Of a stretch of DNA of 64,000 bases, positions 1-10,378 are shown piece by piece. A model generated the notes under the pieces. It did not search any database, was not told where the DNA came from, and saw only the letters and a program-made list of their open reading frames with translations. The translations under genes and the position numbers were made by a program. Position 1 is the first letter of the stretch, and the number at the start of each line of letters is the position of its first letter. This stretch comes from an uncultured Thiomicrospira sp. (GTDB lineage: Bacteria > Pseudomonadota > Gammaproteobacteria > CAKMZV01): contig OZ239628.1 of NCBI GenBank assembly GCA_965195345.1, positions 1,760,001 to 1,824,000 on the forward strand, in the 5' to 3' direction.

Positions 1-1
1 A

Positions 2-2557
2 GTGCATGATGTTGATGACCCCTCATTTCACTTCATCATAGAACTGCCTTTTAAAATTGTCGATTTATGCGCAGTACTTCAGATAGCCAGCGGGAAAAAG
101 AATTATTGGGTTTGGGTTCTCCAATCCCAAGATCGTCCATGTTTTTGTTTTATAGAACATAGCCGCATGATTAATGCTGGCAAAACCGGTTCGTCCCTTA
201 AAGGCAGCGACTTAATACTACATGCATACGCTGATGAATATGCAAATTTTTATGTTAGGGATGTACTTATTGGTAGTTACTACTTTGACTCTGATAATCC
301 TGGTAGCCAACAAATAATAGTCTTATCAAATAGCAGCCTCGTTGCTCTTGTGCATATGTTGTCTTTAGACAGTCAAGGAAAGGTGCAAGAAGTAACACCA
401 GTATTTAACCAAACCTTTAAAATCACTTTCTTTGGTCTCCCAACACCTATGCAACTGGAGAATTATTTTTCAAAGGGCACAAACTTTCGACCAGGAAGCC
501 TCCAACATCTCATTGCCCCAAATGGAAATCATTCGTTTTATGTAAATGCATACGGTCAAGTTTACAACAGTGTAACGTACTGCGCAGCAACCACACATAT
601 GCTTGTATCTTTCAATCGTAAGAGCAAAACTTTCTCGTCTCCAGGCTATTATACATATGCCGTTCAGTGCAAACCAATTTGGCCATCTAAGAATCCGTCG
701 CCAAGCGTCGAGCCCGTAGTCGGCATTGTCAATCAATTGGCTGTTGCTGAAGCAACAGTAAATATCTCGGCTCAAGATAGCAAAGGGGTGTACTCTGGAT
801 TTCGGTTATTTTATTCACTTGCTGCAATGACAGCTATTTATGATCCGACACCTGACCTGTCGGTTTATATAACTTGTGCATTTTGTAATTATCCGGAATT
901 CCAAAATATAGCTTTTGGTTCGTCTTTTATTAAACTGGCTGTCAATAGTGCAGGAGACTATTACTTGCCACAAGGGTCTAACCCCTTTCCAATTTCTGAT
1001 AAAGGGCGTTGGATAGATAACTATACTCATCTAGGAATGTTGCAGTTAGATGACTCATTTTTTAAGAGTAATAATATATTTAATACGCATTCGGCAGGAG
1101 TGCCAGGTGCAGTATTTGACTATACTAAAAGATACTCTCAAGGCTGTTTTATGAGCTGTGGAGTAGATTTCATGGGTAAAAGTCTCGTACTAGGAAATCC
1201 CCATCTATCTCTATATGATAAGTCAATCCAGCCTCTTGGATTTTACCGCTCTATGCCGTTTCAATCCGAAGCGCAGAAAATCATGCCTTTGTTGACAATC
1301 GCAAATTCAAATACAGTTGTTAAGGGAATATCAAAATCCACGCATTCTACATGGCATGCTGGTTACAATGCTAATGTACAGTACCATGGGGTAATAGCAA
1401 CAGCCTCTGCTCATTTTGGGCAAAGTTGGGGCGGTTCTAAGATGCACATGTCGAGTGATCAAAAAACAATCTCTTTACACGTAACCTCTGGAGTTGCCGA
1501 ATCTGACCTAGTACACACATACAATTCTCTATTTTACCTTTGGGATTACCCAATATACCAAAAAATAACTTCAGACGCTCCCCTTGGGGAGATTACTGTC
1601 CTAATCCCTCATGGCTTTAGCGAGGCAATTTTAGATGCAACAGATCCTCGCTTAGGGCACGTTCAAGATTACGAAATAGGTCAAATACTCACTTATCTGG
1701 ATTCTGAGAAACCTGGGTATTTAGAAAAAAACCTGTGGTTCACGAGAGAAACTATTACATGCACCAGCGATGCTCAATCTGGAGGAAGTTCTGTAATATA
1801 CTCAAAGCAAAATTCCACACACTTAGAGGATGGCAAATCCACAATGGATGGAATGAATGCAGGTGGCAGCATCGGATTCCATTATGGTCCAGTGTCAGCA
1901 ACAGTGAGTGCTTTTTACTCAAAAAATAATGTGGAAAATTCTGCAACAAGCACTTTAAAATCCGAAGATTTCACAGTGAGCTTTCACTCAGGAGTCATAG
2001 AAGAAGAAGGATATGAATATGCTGTAACACCATTAATATATGGTCACAAAGACAATAATATGTTAATGATAAACTGCGAAGTACAATTGATAGGACCACT
2101 GTGGAAAAACCACTTTCAGACTCCTGAAATTATAATGATGCGTACTTACCCAGCTGCTAAAGTGTTGCGGTTAAAACATTTTACACGGAGTATTCGCTTC
2201 AGTGAAAATGCAGATCAGACAGTTGATATTAGCTTGCACTTATTCTCAAACTCATATAGTCCTTCTGCAAATATTGTTTGCAATGTCTACGCAGGTATGG
2301 CATTTTATATAAGCGAGAATAAACCTCCAGTTACAACCAAATTGAAATTACTAGGCACAGTGAAAGTTGCCTCACTTGATGGGTTGCAACGATATATTGC
2401 GGTATTAAAGAATCAACATTTACAGAAAAACACCCATATTACTGTTGAAGTTTTTCATGATGATGCTGAGCAGATAAATGCAAAATACTACTGGGGAGTA
2501 TATCCTTTCAGTGCCTCTATAGCTATGTTAAAGGAAACTGAGGAGGCATTGCCATAA
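2..2557 (+). CDS. Large beta-rich hypothetical protein, probably 5'-truncated by the window edge; two Ser/Thr-rich amphipathic hairpin-like segments and a possible C-terminal Ig-like domain
   Basis: 851-codon ORF open from the window edge; no recognisable enzyme motif; repeated S/T-rich alternating segments at ~1305-1495 and ~1785-1995. Confidence 0.6.
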   Translation: MHDVDDPSFHFIIELPFKIVDLCAVLQIASGKKNYWVWVLQSQDRPCFCFIEHSRMINAGKTGSSLKGSDLILHAYADEYANFYVRDVLIGSYYFDSDNPGSQQIIVLSNSSLVALVHMLSLDSQGKVQEVTPVFNQTFKITFFGLPTPMQLENYFSKGTNFRPGSLQHLIAPNGNHSFYVNAYGQVYNSVTYCAATTHMLVSFNRKSKTFSSPGYYTYAVQCKPIWPSKNPSPSVEPVVGIVNQLAVAEATVNISAQDSKGVYSGFRLFYSLAAMTAIYDPTPDLSVYITCAFCNYPEFQNIAFGSSFIKLAVNSAGDYYLPQGSNPFPISDKGRWIDNYTHLGMLQLDDSFFKSNNIFNTHSAGVPGAVFDYTKRYSQGCFMSCGVDFMGKSLVLGNPHLSLYDKSIQPLGFYRSMPFQSEAQKIMPLLTIANSNTVVKGISKSTHSTWHAGYNANVQYHGVIATASAHFGQSWGGSKMHMSSDQKTISLHVTSGVAESDLVHTYNSLFYLWDYPIYQKITSDAPLGEITVLIPHGFSEAILDATDPRLGHVQDYEIGQILTYLDSEKPGYLEKNLWFTRETITCTSDAQSGGSSVIYSKQNSTHLEDGKSTMDGMNAGGSIGFHYGPVSATVSAFYSKNNVENSATSTLKSEDFTVSFHSGVIEEEGYEYAVTPLIYGHKDNNMLMINCEVQLIGPLWKNHFQTPEIIMMRTYPAAKVLRLKHFTRSIRFSENADQTVDISLHLFSNSYSPSANIVCNVYAGMAFYISENKPPVTTKLKLLGTVKVASLDGLQRYIAVLKNQHLQKNTHITVEVFHDDAEQINAKYYWGVYPFSASIAMLKETEEALP

Positions 2558-2904
2558 CAATTTCCTTTTGCATAGGAACTGGTCATTTTCAATTATTAGA
2601 TTTAATAACTTGAGGGTTTTAATTAAGACAAATCAACCTACACCATTCCGACCAGGTACACTCTACCAATTCATAGGAACAGATCGCTAAACCTTGCACC
2701 CTCTAAAATTCGCACAAACATACTGCGGTGAATTTGAAAATATGGTTTCCTCTTCGCCGTTAAGTGAAATTGTATAGACGGTTTTCTTCTTGTATACAAA
2801 AATTCTCGCATACCAAAAACAAGAACGTCTACGACGCTGTAAATCAAACTGTCGATGAATTTTTTATGAAGTGGCGGTTTACGAAAATCACCACATGCTT
2901 AGGC

Positions 2905-4110
2905 TTATTTGATTATGTTATGCTCTGGTCCGTATGGAAATCCAGTAATATCATAAGCACTATCAGCGGTTACAACCATAATATCGTGCTCGCGATAGCC
3001 ACCTGCGCCGGGCTGACCTTCGGGAATCATAATCATTGGCTCCATAGAGACAACCATATTCTCTTCAAGGACAGTATCTATATCTTCGCGTAGCTCAAGC
3101 AATGCCTCACGGCCATAGTAATGGGAAAGCACTCCGAAAGAATGTCCATACCCAAATGAACGATTTTTTAGCAAATCGTATTCTTCATAAATCTTATTCA
3201 ACTCAAGTGCTATATCGCAACAACGCACCCCTGGTTTAATAAGTCGCATGCCTTCTTCATGCACTTTGGTATTGATTTCCCATAGTTTCAAAGACGCTTC
3301 ATCGCAGTGGTCGTAAAACAACGTCCGCTCCAAAGCTACATAATAGCCAGATGCCATTGAAAAGCAGTTAAGACTTAAGATGTCACCTTTTTGAATTTTA
3401 CGCGTTGTTACTGGGTTATGCGCACCATCAGTATTTATTCCCGATTGAAACCAAGTCCAAGTATCCATTAATTCACTGTGTGGAAAACGACGCGCAATTT
3501 CGCGAACCATAGCTTGTGTTGAATGCAAAGCTACTTCATGTTCTGGCACATTTTCACCAATAGCTTCAACTAATGCTTCTGCACCAATATCACAGATATT
3601 AGCACCATTAGTAATGTAGTCAATTTCTTCAGTTGATTTGAGCATACGCATTTTCATACAACCGACCGATACATCAACAAATTCAGCTGCGGGCAATGCA
3701 TCTTGCATTTTTTTGTGCCGCTCTAATGAAAGGTGATCAAATTCCAAACCAACACGTCCTTTGACAGAAACAAGCGTTGATACCGCATAGAAAAAGCTAT
3801 CTCTTTGCCAATCGGTATAAACTACATTTTCACCAAACGTCCTTCTCCAGGGTTGTCCACCGTCAATATTAGCACTGATTGAAGTTACTTTTTCTTGAGT
3901 AACAACCAATCCGTATGGGCGACCAAAAGAACAATATATGAAGTCACTATAATAGTGAATATTATGAATTGAAGTGAAAACAATGGCATCAATACCTTCT
4001 CCTGCCATATAAGCACGCAGGTCTCTTTGGCGGCGATGGTATTCGGCGTCACTGAATGTATGCTTAATCGTTTGTCCGTTAGGGATGTGCTTTAATCTTT
4101 CAAGTTGCAT
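2905..4110 (-). CDS. Creatinase (creatine amidinohydrolase, M24 fold)
   Basis: YCSFGRPYGLVV, ANIDGGQPWRR, WTWFQSGINTDGAHNP, FGYGHSFGVLSHYYGREA and GAGGYREHD motifs; 401 aa. Confidence 0.93.
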   Translation of the reverse strand: MQLERLKHIPNGQTIKHTFSDAEYHRRQRDLRAYMAGEGIDAIVFTSIHNIHYYSDFIYCSFGRPYGLVVTQEKVTSISANIDGGQPWRRTFGENVVYTDWQRDSFFYAVSTLVSVKGRVGLEFDHLSLERHKKMQDALPAAEFVDVSVGCMKMRMLKSTEEIDYITNGANICDIGAEALVEAIGENVPEHEVALHSTQAMVREIARRFPHSELMDTWTWFQSGINTDGAHNPVTTRKIQKGDILSLNCFSMASGYYVALERTLFYDHCDEASLKLWEINTKVHEEGMRLIKPGVRCCDIALELNKIYEEYDLLKNRSFGYGHSFGVLSHYYGREALLELREDIDTVLEENMVVSMEPMIMIPEGQPGAGGYREHDIMVVTADSAYDITGFPYGPEHNIIK

Positions 4111-4118
4111 ATTCTTCC

Positions 4119-5735
4119 TTATTTCAATTGATCTCTTAGTATGAATTTCTGAATTTTACCGGTCGCTGTTTTAGGGAGTTCCTGAAAGAGTACGTGCTTA
4201 GGCGTTTTAAATCCAGCAAGCCTTTCTCGACAAAATGCAATAATCTCATCCGCCTCAATGCTCACTCCTTCTTTCAGTTCAACAAAGGCACAAGGCACTT
4301 CTCCCCATTTTAAGTCTTTTTTTGCCACTATCGCTGCATTAGCAATCGCTGGATGTGCATAAAGAACGGCTTCAATCTCAACGGAGGAAATATTTTCACC
4401 ACCTGAAATAATTACATCTTTTAGACGATCTTGTATTTGCAAATATCCATCTTCTCGCCACATTGCCGCATCACCTGTATGAAACCACCCATCAACAAAG
4501 GCTTTAGCCGTTTCCTCAGGATTCTTGTAGTACCCTTTCATCACCGTGTTCCCTCTAATCAGCATCTCACCTTGTTGATTACTGTCTTTGGGCAGAAAAG
4601 CACCGGTTTCGTTTTCAATCAATTCCACTGCGTCAGTCATTGGAAAAGAAATGCCTTGCCAACTTTTAATTTCAGAACGTTCATCTTCATTCAAGCCATT
4701 CCACTTATCTTTCCAAAGACAATGCGTTATGTGTCCATAGGTTTCCGTTAGCCCATAAACTTGCATTACATCAAATCCTATTTTTTCCATCTCACCCAGG
4801 ATTGCAGGCGGTGGTGGCGCACCTGCGGTCATAACTTTTACCGCATGGGAAATCGTTTTTTTCTCATTTTCAGCAGCATTAACTAATAGACCAAGAACAA
4901 TAGGAGCGCCTCCAAAATGAGTAACTTGATATCGAACAACAGCATCAAAAACAAATGCCGCACTCACTACGCGACAACAGACGATAGTACCTGCCATCAT
5001 GCAAACAGTCCAAGCGTGTCCCCAACCATTACAATGGAAAAGTGGAACAGTATATAAGTACACGGGATGCATTGGCAACTGCCAAGCAGATGCCGTTCCC
5101 ATACTCATCAAATACGATCCTCTGTGATGATAGACTACTCCTTTAGGTTTGCCAGAAGTTCCTGAAGTGTAATTTAACGTCAATGCTTGCCATTCATCCT
5201 TTGGCAACGACCACTCAAAATTAATATCTCCTTTGGCGAGAGCTGTTTCGTAATCTTCCTCTCCCTTAACAACATCAATTCCAGAGAGCGCATCATTGAT
5301 AACAATAATCGGCATTGCCAAACTTTTATCCTCTATTACTTGTTTAGCCGTTGAATAAAATTGGCTATCAACAATCAATAGTTTGCAATCAGAATGTTCA
5401 AGAATATAGCCAACGGTACTGGCTTCAAGGCGAATATTGATGGTATTAAGAACCGCCCCCAACATGGGAACACCGAAATGCACATCAATGAGCGCAGGTA
5501 TATTTGGTGCAATAATTGACACAGTATCGCCCTCACCAACCCCACGCTCAGCAAGCACAGAAGCTAATGCGCAAGAGCGCTCATAAACATCTTTCCAACT
5601 GTAATTCTGTTCACCATAAACAACGGCACAATGATCGCCAAAATAATTGCTTGTGCGTTGCAAAAACGATAGCGGAGTTAGAGGCACATAGTTGGCTGTA
5701 TTTTTGGGAAGAGATTCAAAATGCTTTTTCGACAT
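4119..5735 (-). CDS. dmdB: Acyl-CoA synthetase, likely 3-methylmercaptopropionate-CoA ligase
   Basis: AMP-binding motifs YTSGTSGKPKG, YGLTE, GWFHTGD, LPKTATGKIQK; directly downstream of dmdA (substrate inferred from context). Confidence 0.75.
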   Translation of the reverse strand: MSKKHFESLPKNTANYVPLTPLSFLQRTSNYFGDHCAVVYGEQNYSWKDVYERSCALASVLAERGVGEGDTVSIIAPNIPALIDVHFGVPMLGAVLNTINIRLEASTVGYILEHSDCKLLIVDSQFYSTAKQVIEDKSLAMPIIVINDALSGIDVVKGEEDYETALAKGDINFEWSLPKDEWQALTLNYTSGTSGKPKGVVYHHRGSYLMSMGTASAWQLPMHPVYLYTVPLFHCNGWGHAWTVCMMAGTIVCCRVVSAAFVFDAVVRYQVTHFGGAPIVLGLLVNAAENEKKTISHAVKVMTAGAPPPPAILGEMEKIGFDVMQVYGLTETYGHITHCLWKDKWNGLNEDERSEIKSWQGISFPMTDAVELIENETGAFLPKDSNQQGEMLIRGNTVMKGYYKNPEETAKAFVDGWFHTGDAAMWREDGYLQIQDRLKDVIISGGENISSVEIEAVLYAHPAIANAAIVAKKDLKWGEVPCAFVELKEGVSIEADEIIAFCRERLAGFKTPKHVLFQELPKTATGKIQKFILRDQLK

Positions 5736-5738
5736 GAC

Positions 5739-6851
5739 TTAGAAATTCAGTTTATGTATTGTTGCGCTAGACAGCCCGTTGGGCATTTCAACTTGCATTG
5801 TATTGCCAAGCTGCAAGTGGTTCAATCTTATCATTCCTATAGCCACATTAGAATTGAACTGAGGAGACCACGTTGCTGATGTAATCTGTCCCACTCTTTT
5901 CCCATCTATCACTAAAGGCCACTCGCCACGACAAGCGCCGATTTCCCCGTCAATAGCAAATCCACTAATCATTAAAGGATTTTCTTCTTTAGAACGACTA
6001 CGCAATGCTTTTCCACCAACACACTGATCCAGTCCATATTCCTCGCAAAAAACTCCCATACCGCACTCATAAGGCGTATTCGCCAAAGTCATATCATTGC
6101 CGTACGAAAGCAACCCACTTTCTATTCGCTCAATAAGGTTAGGACCACCAGCACGAACATTGAGGTCTTGACCTGCTTCAAATAACGCATCCCACAAAGA
6201 GGCTCCATGCAAAGGGTCGTTTAAATAAATTTCAAAACCGCCCTGCTTAGAAAATCCAGAGCGAGAAATTATAAATTCGCATCCATTAAAATTGAATGAT
6301 TTAAAACGAAAAAATTTTAAATCGCAAACGTTATTGCCAAAAACGCGTGCCATTAAATCATTGGATTTAGGACCTTGCACAGCCAGTGGAAAAACATTTG
6401 GTTCATAAATTTTGACATCCATATTCCATCCAACCGCCAACCCTTTAAGCCACAGTAGAAGATCTGAGTCAGCCGTAGAAACCCAAAATTCATTTTCCTC
6501 TATTTTTAATGCAACAGGATCATTTAACATTCCCCCATTTTCATCCACAACAGGAATATAAAAGCATCGACCCTCCGCCATCTTCTCCAGAGAGCGAGGC
6601 GTTATTTTTTGTAACAAATCATAGGCATCTTTCCCTCGAATAGCTACTTGTCTTTCGCATGACACGTCCCATATTTGAACATTTTCTTTGAGGTGGTGAT
6701 AGTCAGCAACTAAACTTTCAAACACTGTAGGGAGCAGTGTATGATTGTAAACTGTATAACCTTTAACGCCCGCCGCCGTAACTTTTGGAGTAAATGGTGT
6801 TGAACGAGTTCTGCGGGAAATACTTAATATGGCTTCAGCATTATTGCCCAT
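5739..6851 (-). CDS. dmdA: Dimethylsulfoniopropionate demethylase (GcvT/aminomethyltransferase family)
   Basis: SRRTRSTPF, GYTVYNHTLLP, WDVSCERQV, RSGFSKQGGFEIY, PNLIERIESGLLSYGND; 370 aa. Confidence 0.9.
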   Translation of the reverse strand: MGNNAEAILSISRRTRSTPFTPKVTAAGVKGYTVYNHTLLPTVFESLVADYHHLKENVQIWDVSCERQVAIRGKDAYDLLQKITPRSLEKMAEGRCFYIPVVDENGGMLNDPVALKIEENEFWVSTADSDLLLWLKGLAVGWNMDVKIYEPNVFPLAVQGPKSNDLMARVFGNNVCDLKFFRFKSFNFNGCEFIISRSGFSKQGGFEIYLNDPLHGASLWDALFEAGQDLNVRAGGPNLIERIESGLLSYGNDMTLANTPYECGMGVFCEEYGLDQCVGGKALRSRSKEENPLMISGFAIDGEIGACRGEWPLVIDGKRVGQITSATWSPQFNSNVAIGMIRLNHLQLGNTMQVEMPNGLSSATIHKLNF

Positions 6852-6854
6852 GAC

Positions 6855-8024
6855 CTATTCCCCATAACCCTTGGGGATAGTAATTGCAGGCAACTCTTGC
6901 GCCTGTTTTTGAAGAGCACGCCCGATGACTAAACGTTGTATTTCCGTACTTCCATCAACGATTTTTAACATTTGTGCCAATCGACTTAATCGATCCAATC
7001 CATAAGGTTTTAACAAACCCATCCCCCCCAAAACCTGAGTACACACATTCGCTGCATTCAACGCGGCATCAGGTACAAAAAGTTTTGCTTGTGCCGCAAG
7101 CAATGCACCCTCTTCCGTTCCAAGAGCATTCGCTGCTTTTTTATAAAGCAAACGAGACACCTCTAAATTGGTTGCAACCTCTCCCAACATCCACTGAATA
7201 CCATCTAATTTTAGGTTGGTTGATTTGAACATTTTCCGATCCCGTGCATAACGAAGAGCGGTATTCAATGCGCTTTGCATCAATCCACAACAACCAGAAG
7301 CTATTGAAACACGTGCAATATCTATAGCCATCAATGAACCACTAAATCCTTTACCAACTGGCAAAATAATATTTTCCTCAGGCACGCTAACATTGTTCAA
7401 ATACATTTCCGATAGCGGAAGAAATTGATAAGAAGGTGTCTCATAAAGAGGACCAAAAGAAAGCCCAGGCGTATCAAGTGGAACAGCAAACATAGCCATA
7501 TCTTTATATCCAGGATCTTCACTGGTTTTCGCAACTACCAAATAAACATCGGCCTCTGTAGCAAGCGACACCCAAGCTTTGGAGCCGTTGATTGTATAAC
7601 TGTCATCGGCATTTTTCGTGGCACGAGTATACATGGTTCCTGGATCGGAACCTGCTTGCGGTTCAGTCAATGCGAAATTAGCAAGTTTCTTACCCGAAGT
7701 TAGATCTTTTGCCCACTTGGATTTGAATGAGTCCGTACCAAAGCCACACACAGCGAAACTACATATATTATGCATAGACAACGCAAATGCATACGCGCCA
7801 TCACCCATGCCCAATTGTTCATACACTTGAATACCATCTCCAAGAGACAGTCCTTGCCCGCCTAATTCTGGGGGACAGTACAAACCTGTTAATCCAAGAG
7901 AAGCTGCTTTATCCGAAGCTTCTCTTGGCCATTTGCCTTTTTCGTTCCAATCATCCACATTCGGGATAACAACTTCATTGCAGTGTTTAACCGCATTCAA
8001 CAAAATTTGCTCAATATTACTCAC
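6855..8024 (-). CDS. Acyl-CoA dehydrogenase family protein (short type)
   Basis: FALTEPQAGSD, INGSKAWVS, QVLGGMG, IVDGSTEIQR. Confidence 0.9.
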   Translation of the reverse strand: MSNIEQILLNAVKHCNEVVIPNVDDWNEKGKWPREASDKAASLGLTGLYCPPELGGQGLSLGDGIQVYEQLGMGDGAYAFALSMHNICSFAVCGFGTDSFKSKWAKDLTSGKKLANFALTEPQAGSDPGTMYTRATKNADDSYTINGSKAWVSLATEADVYLVVAKTSEDPGYKDMAMFAVPLDTPGLSFGPLYETPSYQFLPLSEMYLNNVSVPEENIILPVGKGFSGSLMAIDIARVSIASGCCGLMQSALNTALRYARDRKMFKSTNLKLDGIQWMLGEVATNLEVSRLLYKKAANALGTEEGALLAAQAKLFVPDAALNAANVCTQVLGGMGLLKPYGLDRLSRLAQMLKIVDGSTEIQRLVIGRALQKQAQELPAITIPKGYGE

Positions 8025-8253
8025 TTGATTCCTTTTAATGAATTGACTAATGCATAAGAAATAGAGACTTTCCTAGTTAAGAGGATTATTTCTAAATTCT
8101 TTAAGTAAAAGATTGTAAAGGCTCTCATCTCTATTATATTAACCTAAACTCTTTTTCTTTTAAGTATCATTCAAACTTGTTTTTTCTATATGTTTATATT
8201 CAAATTGCTCAACCAGGGAAGACTTTTTTTTGAAGATCAATGTGTTTAAAGCT

Positions 8254-9315
8254 CTATTTCAAAGCATCGAATGTAGCACTTACTTTAGGAACCAATGCTC
8301 TCACTAATACCTTCATATCAAGAATACCCACCACATTATCATTTTCCTTAACAAGATAGCAACAGGTTGTATCTCCATCTGATGCGAATATAACGCTCTC
8401 GAGTGTGTCGTTGAAATCCACATAACCTTCTATTTCATCCGCAGACGGAAGATCACCATCAATTTTTTTCATGACAGAGCGCACACGTAACACCCGTGCC
8501 CGATTAATATCACTGACAAAATCTTCAATATACGGGTCACAGGGGTTTAAAAGAATATGTTGGGGCTCGCCTTGTTGTACCGCATGCCCATCTTTAAGAA
8601 TCACTAAATGATCAGCAAGTTTTAGTGCCTCGTCCAAATCATGCGTAATGAATATAATCGTTTTATGCAGATCTTTCTGCAACTCCAGCAACAAGTCTTG
8701 CATGTTAGTACGAATCAAGGGATCTAACGCTGAAAAAGCTTCATCCATCAGCATAACCTCTGAATTCGAAGTTAATGCTCTCGCCAAGCCAACGCGTTGT
8801 TGCATTCCTCCAGACAGTTGATGAGGATGGTGTTGCTCAAAGCCACCTAGTCCAACTCTTTCAACCCACTTCTGTGCTTCAGCATCAGCAGATTCATCGC
8901 TTTCACCGCGCACACGAGGTGCCATACCAGCATTTTCTAATACTGTTTTATGAGGAAGAAGTGCAAATTTTTGAAACACCATAGACATATGAGATTGCCG
9001 CAAATTACGCAGTCGCTCATCATCGTAGCTCAAGACATCTTCATCATCAACAAGTATTTCTCCAGAAGTTGGCTCAATCAAACGATTAAAGTGTCGAATT
9101 AATGTGGACTTTCCTGATCCAGAAAGCCCCATAATAACGGTTATTTGTCCCGCAACGATGTCGACATTAATGTCTTGAAGACCCAACACATGCCCATGCT
9201 TTTCTAGCAAATCCGATTTACTCATTCCATCTTTGACTAAAGGCAGAACCGATTTTGGATCTTTTCCAAAAATTTTGTACAGGTTACGAACCGAAACTTT
9301 TATTTTCTTATCCAT
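8254..9315 (-). CDS. proV: Betaine/proline/choline-type ABC transporter ATP-binding subunit
   Basis: Walker A GLSGSGKST, LSGGMQQRVGLARAL, LMDEAFSALDPLIR, ITHDLDEA. Confidence 0.88.
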   Translation of the reverse strand: MDKKIKVSVRNLYKIFGKDPKSVLPLVKDGMSKSDLLEKHGHVLGLQDINVDIVAGQITVIMGLSGSGKSTLIRHFNRLIEPTSGEILVDDEDVLSYDDERLRNLRQSHMSMVFQKFALLPHKTVLENAGMAPRVRGESDESADAEAQKWVERVGLGGFEQHHPHQLSGGMQQRVGLARALTSNSEVMLMDEAFSALDPLIRTNMQDLLLELQKDLHKTIIFITHDLDEALKLADHLVILKDGHAVQQGEPQHILLNPCDPYIEDFVSDINRARVLRVRSVMKKIDGDLPSADEIEGYVDFNDTLESVIFASDGDTTCCYLVKENDNVVGILDMKVLVRALVPKVSATFDALK

Positions 9316-9340
9316 TTTTATCCTTTATTATTTGGTGGCA

Positions 9341-10378
9341 CTAATGTTGGTGAGTCTTATTCAGACGCGCCAATGATGCTTTACTGACACGATCTAAAAT
9401 AACGGCCAAAAGAACGATCGCCAAACCTGAAACCAGCCCAACACCCAATTCAAGATTACGAATACCGCGTAATACAAGCACGCCCAATCCTGGAGCAGAC
9501 ACCAATGAAGCAATAACAACCATTGCCAGAGACATCATAATCGTTTGGTTAACACCCGCCATAATATTAGGCAGAGCAAGGGGTATTTCTACTCCAAATA
9601 ATTTTTGCCTGTCCGTCATACCAAATGCACTTGCGGCTTCAATAACATCCTTATCCACCAAACGAATACCTAAATCAGTCAAACGCACAACAGGCACAAT
9701 AGCATACAAAATTATCGCAATACCATATAACTTAGATTCTGTCACACTGAATAGAAAAATAAGGGGAATAAGATATACAAATGGAGGCAAAGTTTGCAAC
9801 ATATCAAGCACAGGTATCATGCCACGTTGAAAGCGATCGCGTTTGGACATGGCTATCCCCAAAGGCACTCCTAATAAAACACTTATAATCGTACAAACAA
9901 ATATCACTGATAGCGTTTGAATGGCATAAGTATAGTGATCAATAAAAGCCATTAAACCGAAAGAAATGGCAACAAGTAATACTACCCCACTTGATTTTGA
10001 CACTGCGCGCACTAACCATAAAATTAAAGGAATCATCACCCACCAAGGAATCGTGGTAAATAGGTATAACGTTCCATCAAGCATCCAACTCAATGGTTGA
10101 GTGATTGGATCCAGCACAATTTTGAGGACTTCTTTCACATCCAAAAATACATTCTCAATGCCTGCTGTTAAATCACGTGTTTGTGGAATGGACTTACAAG
10201 ATTTATATAGATTATCCAATGATGGAAAAGGAATGTCGTGCCACGGAGTATCCAGAGCTTCTTTTCCTTTAGAACGTGCGAGTAATTGCGACAAGGAGAG
10301 CAAGCTTTCACCATTATCACTGCCATCACACCAAGTGCGCAAACCCAACATATCAAACATTTTTGTATAAAAGCTCAT
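9341..10378 (-). CDS. proW: Betaine/proline-type ABC transporter permease
   Basis: LDMLQTLPPFVYLIP, EAASAFG (EAA loop), GVNQTIMMSLAMVVIASL; multiple TM segments. Confidence 0.88.
   Translation of the reverse strand: MSFYTKMFDMLGLRTWCDGSDNGESLLSLSQLLARSKGKEALDTPWHDIPFPSLDNLYKSCKSIPQTRDLTAGIENVFLDVKEVLKIVLDPITQPLSWMLDGTLYLFTTIPWWVMIPLILWLVRAVSKSSGVVLLVAISFGLMAFIDHYTYAIQTLSVIFVCTIISVLLGVPLGIAMSKRDRFQRGMIPVLDMLQTLPPFVYLIPLIFLFSVTESKLYGIAIILYAIVPVVRLTDLGIRLVDKDVIEAASAFGMTDRQKLFGVEIPLALPNIMAGVNQTIMMSLAMVVIASLVSAPGLGVLVLRGIRNLELGVGLVSGLAIVLLAVILDRVSKASLARLNKTHQH

Noticed and set aside
2558-3093. ORF 2764..3093 (+) and the spacer after the large orphan gene
   Set aside because: Overlaps creatinase on the opposite strand, has no motif, and I saw no convincing IS ends or RNA structure
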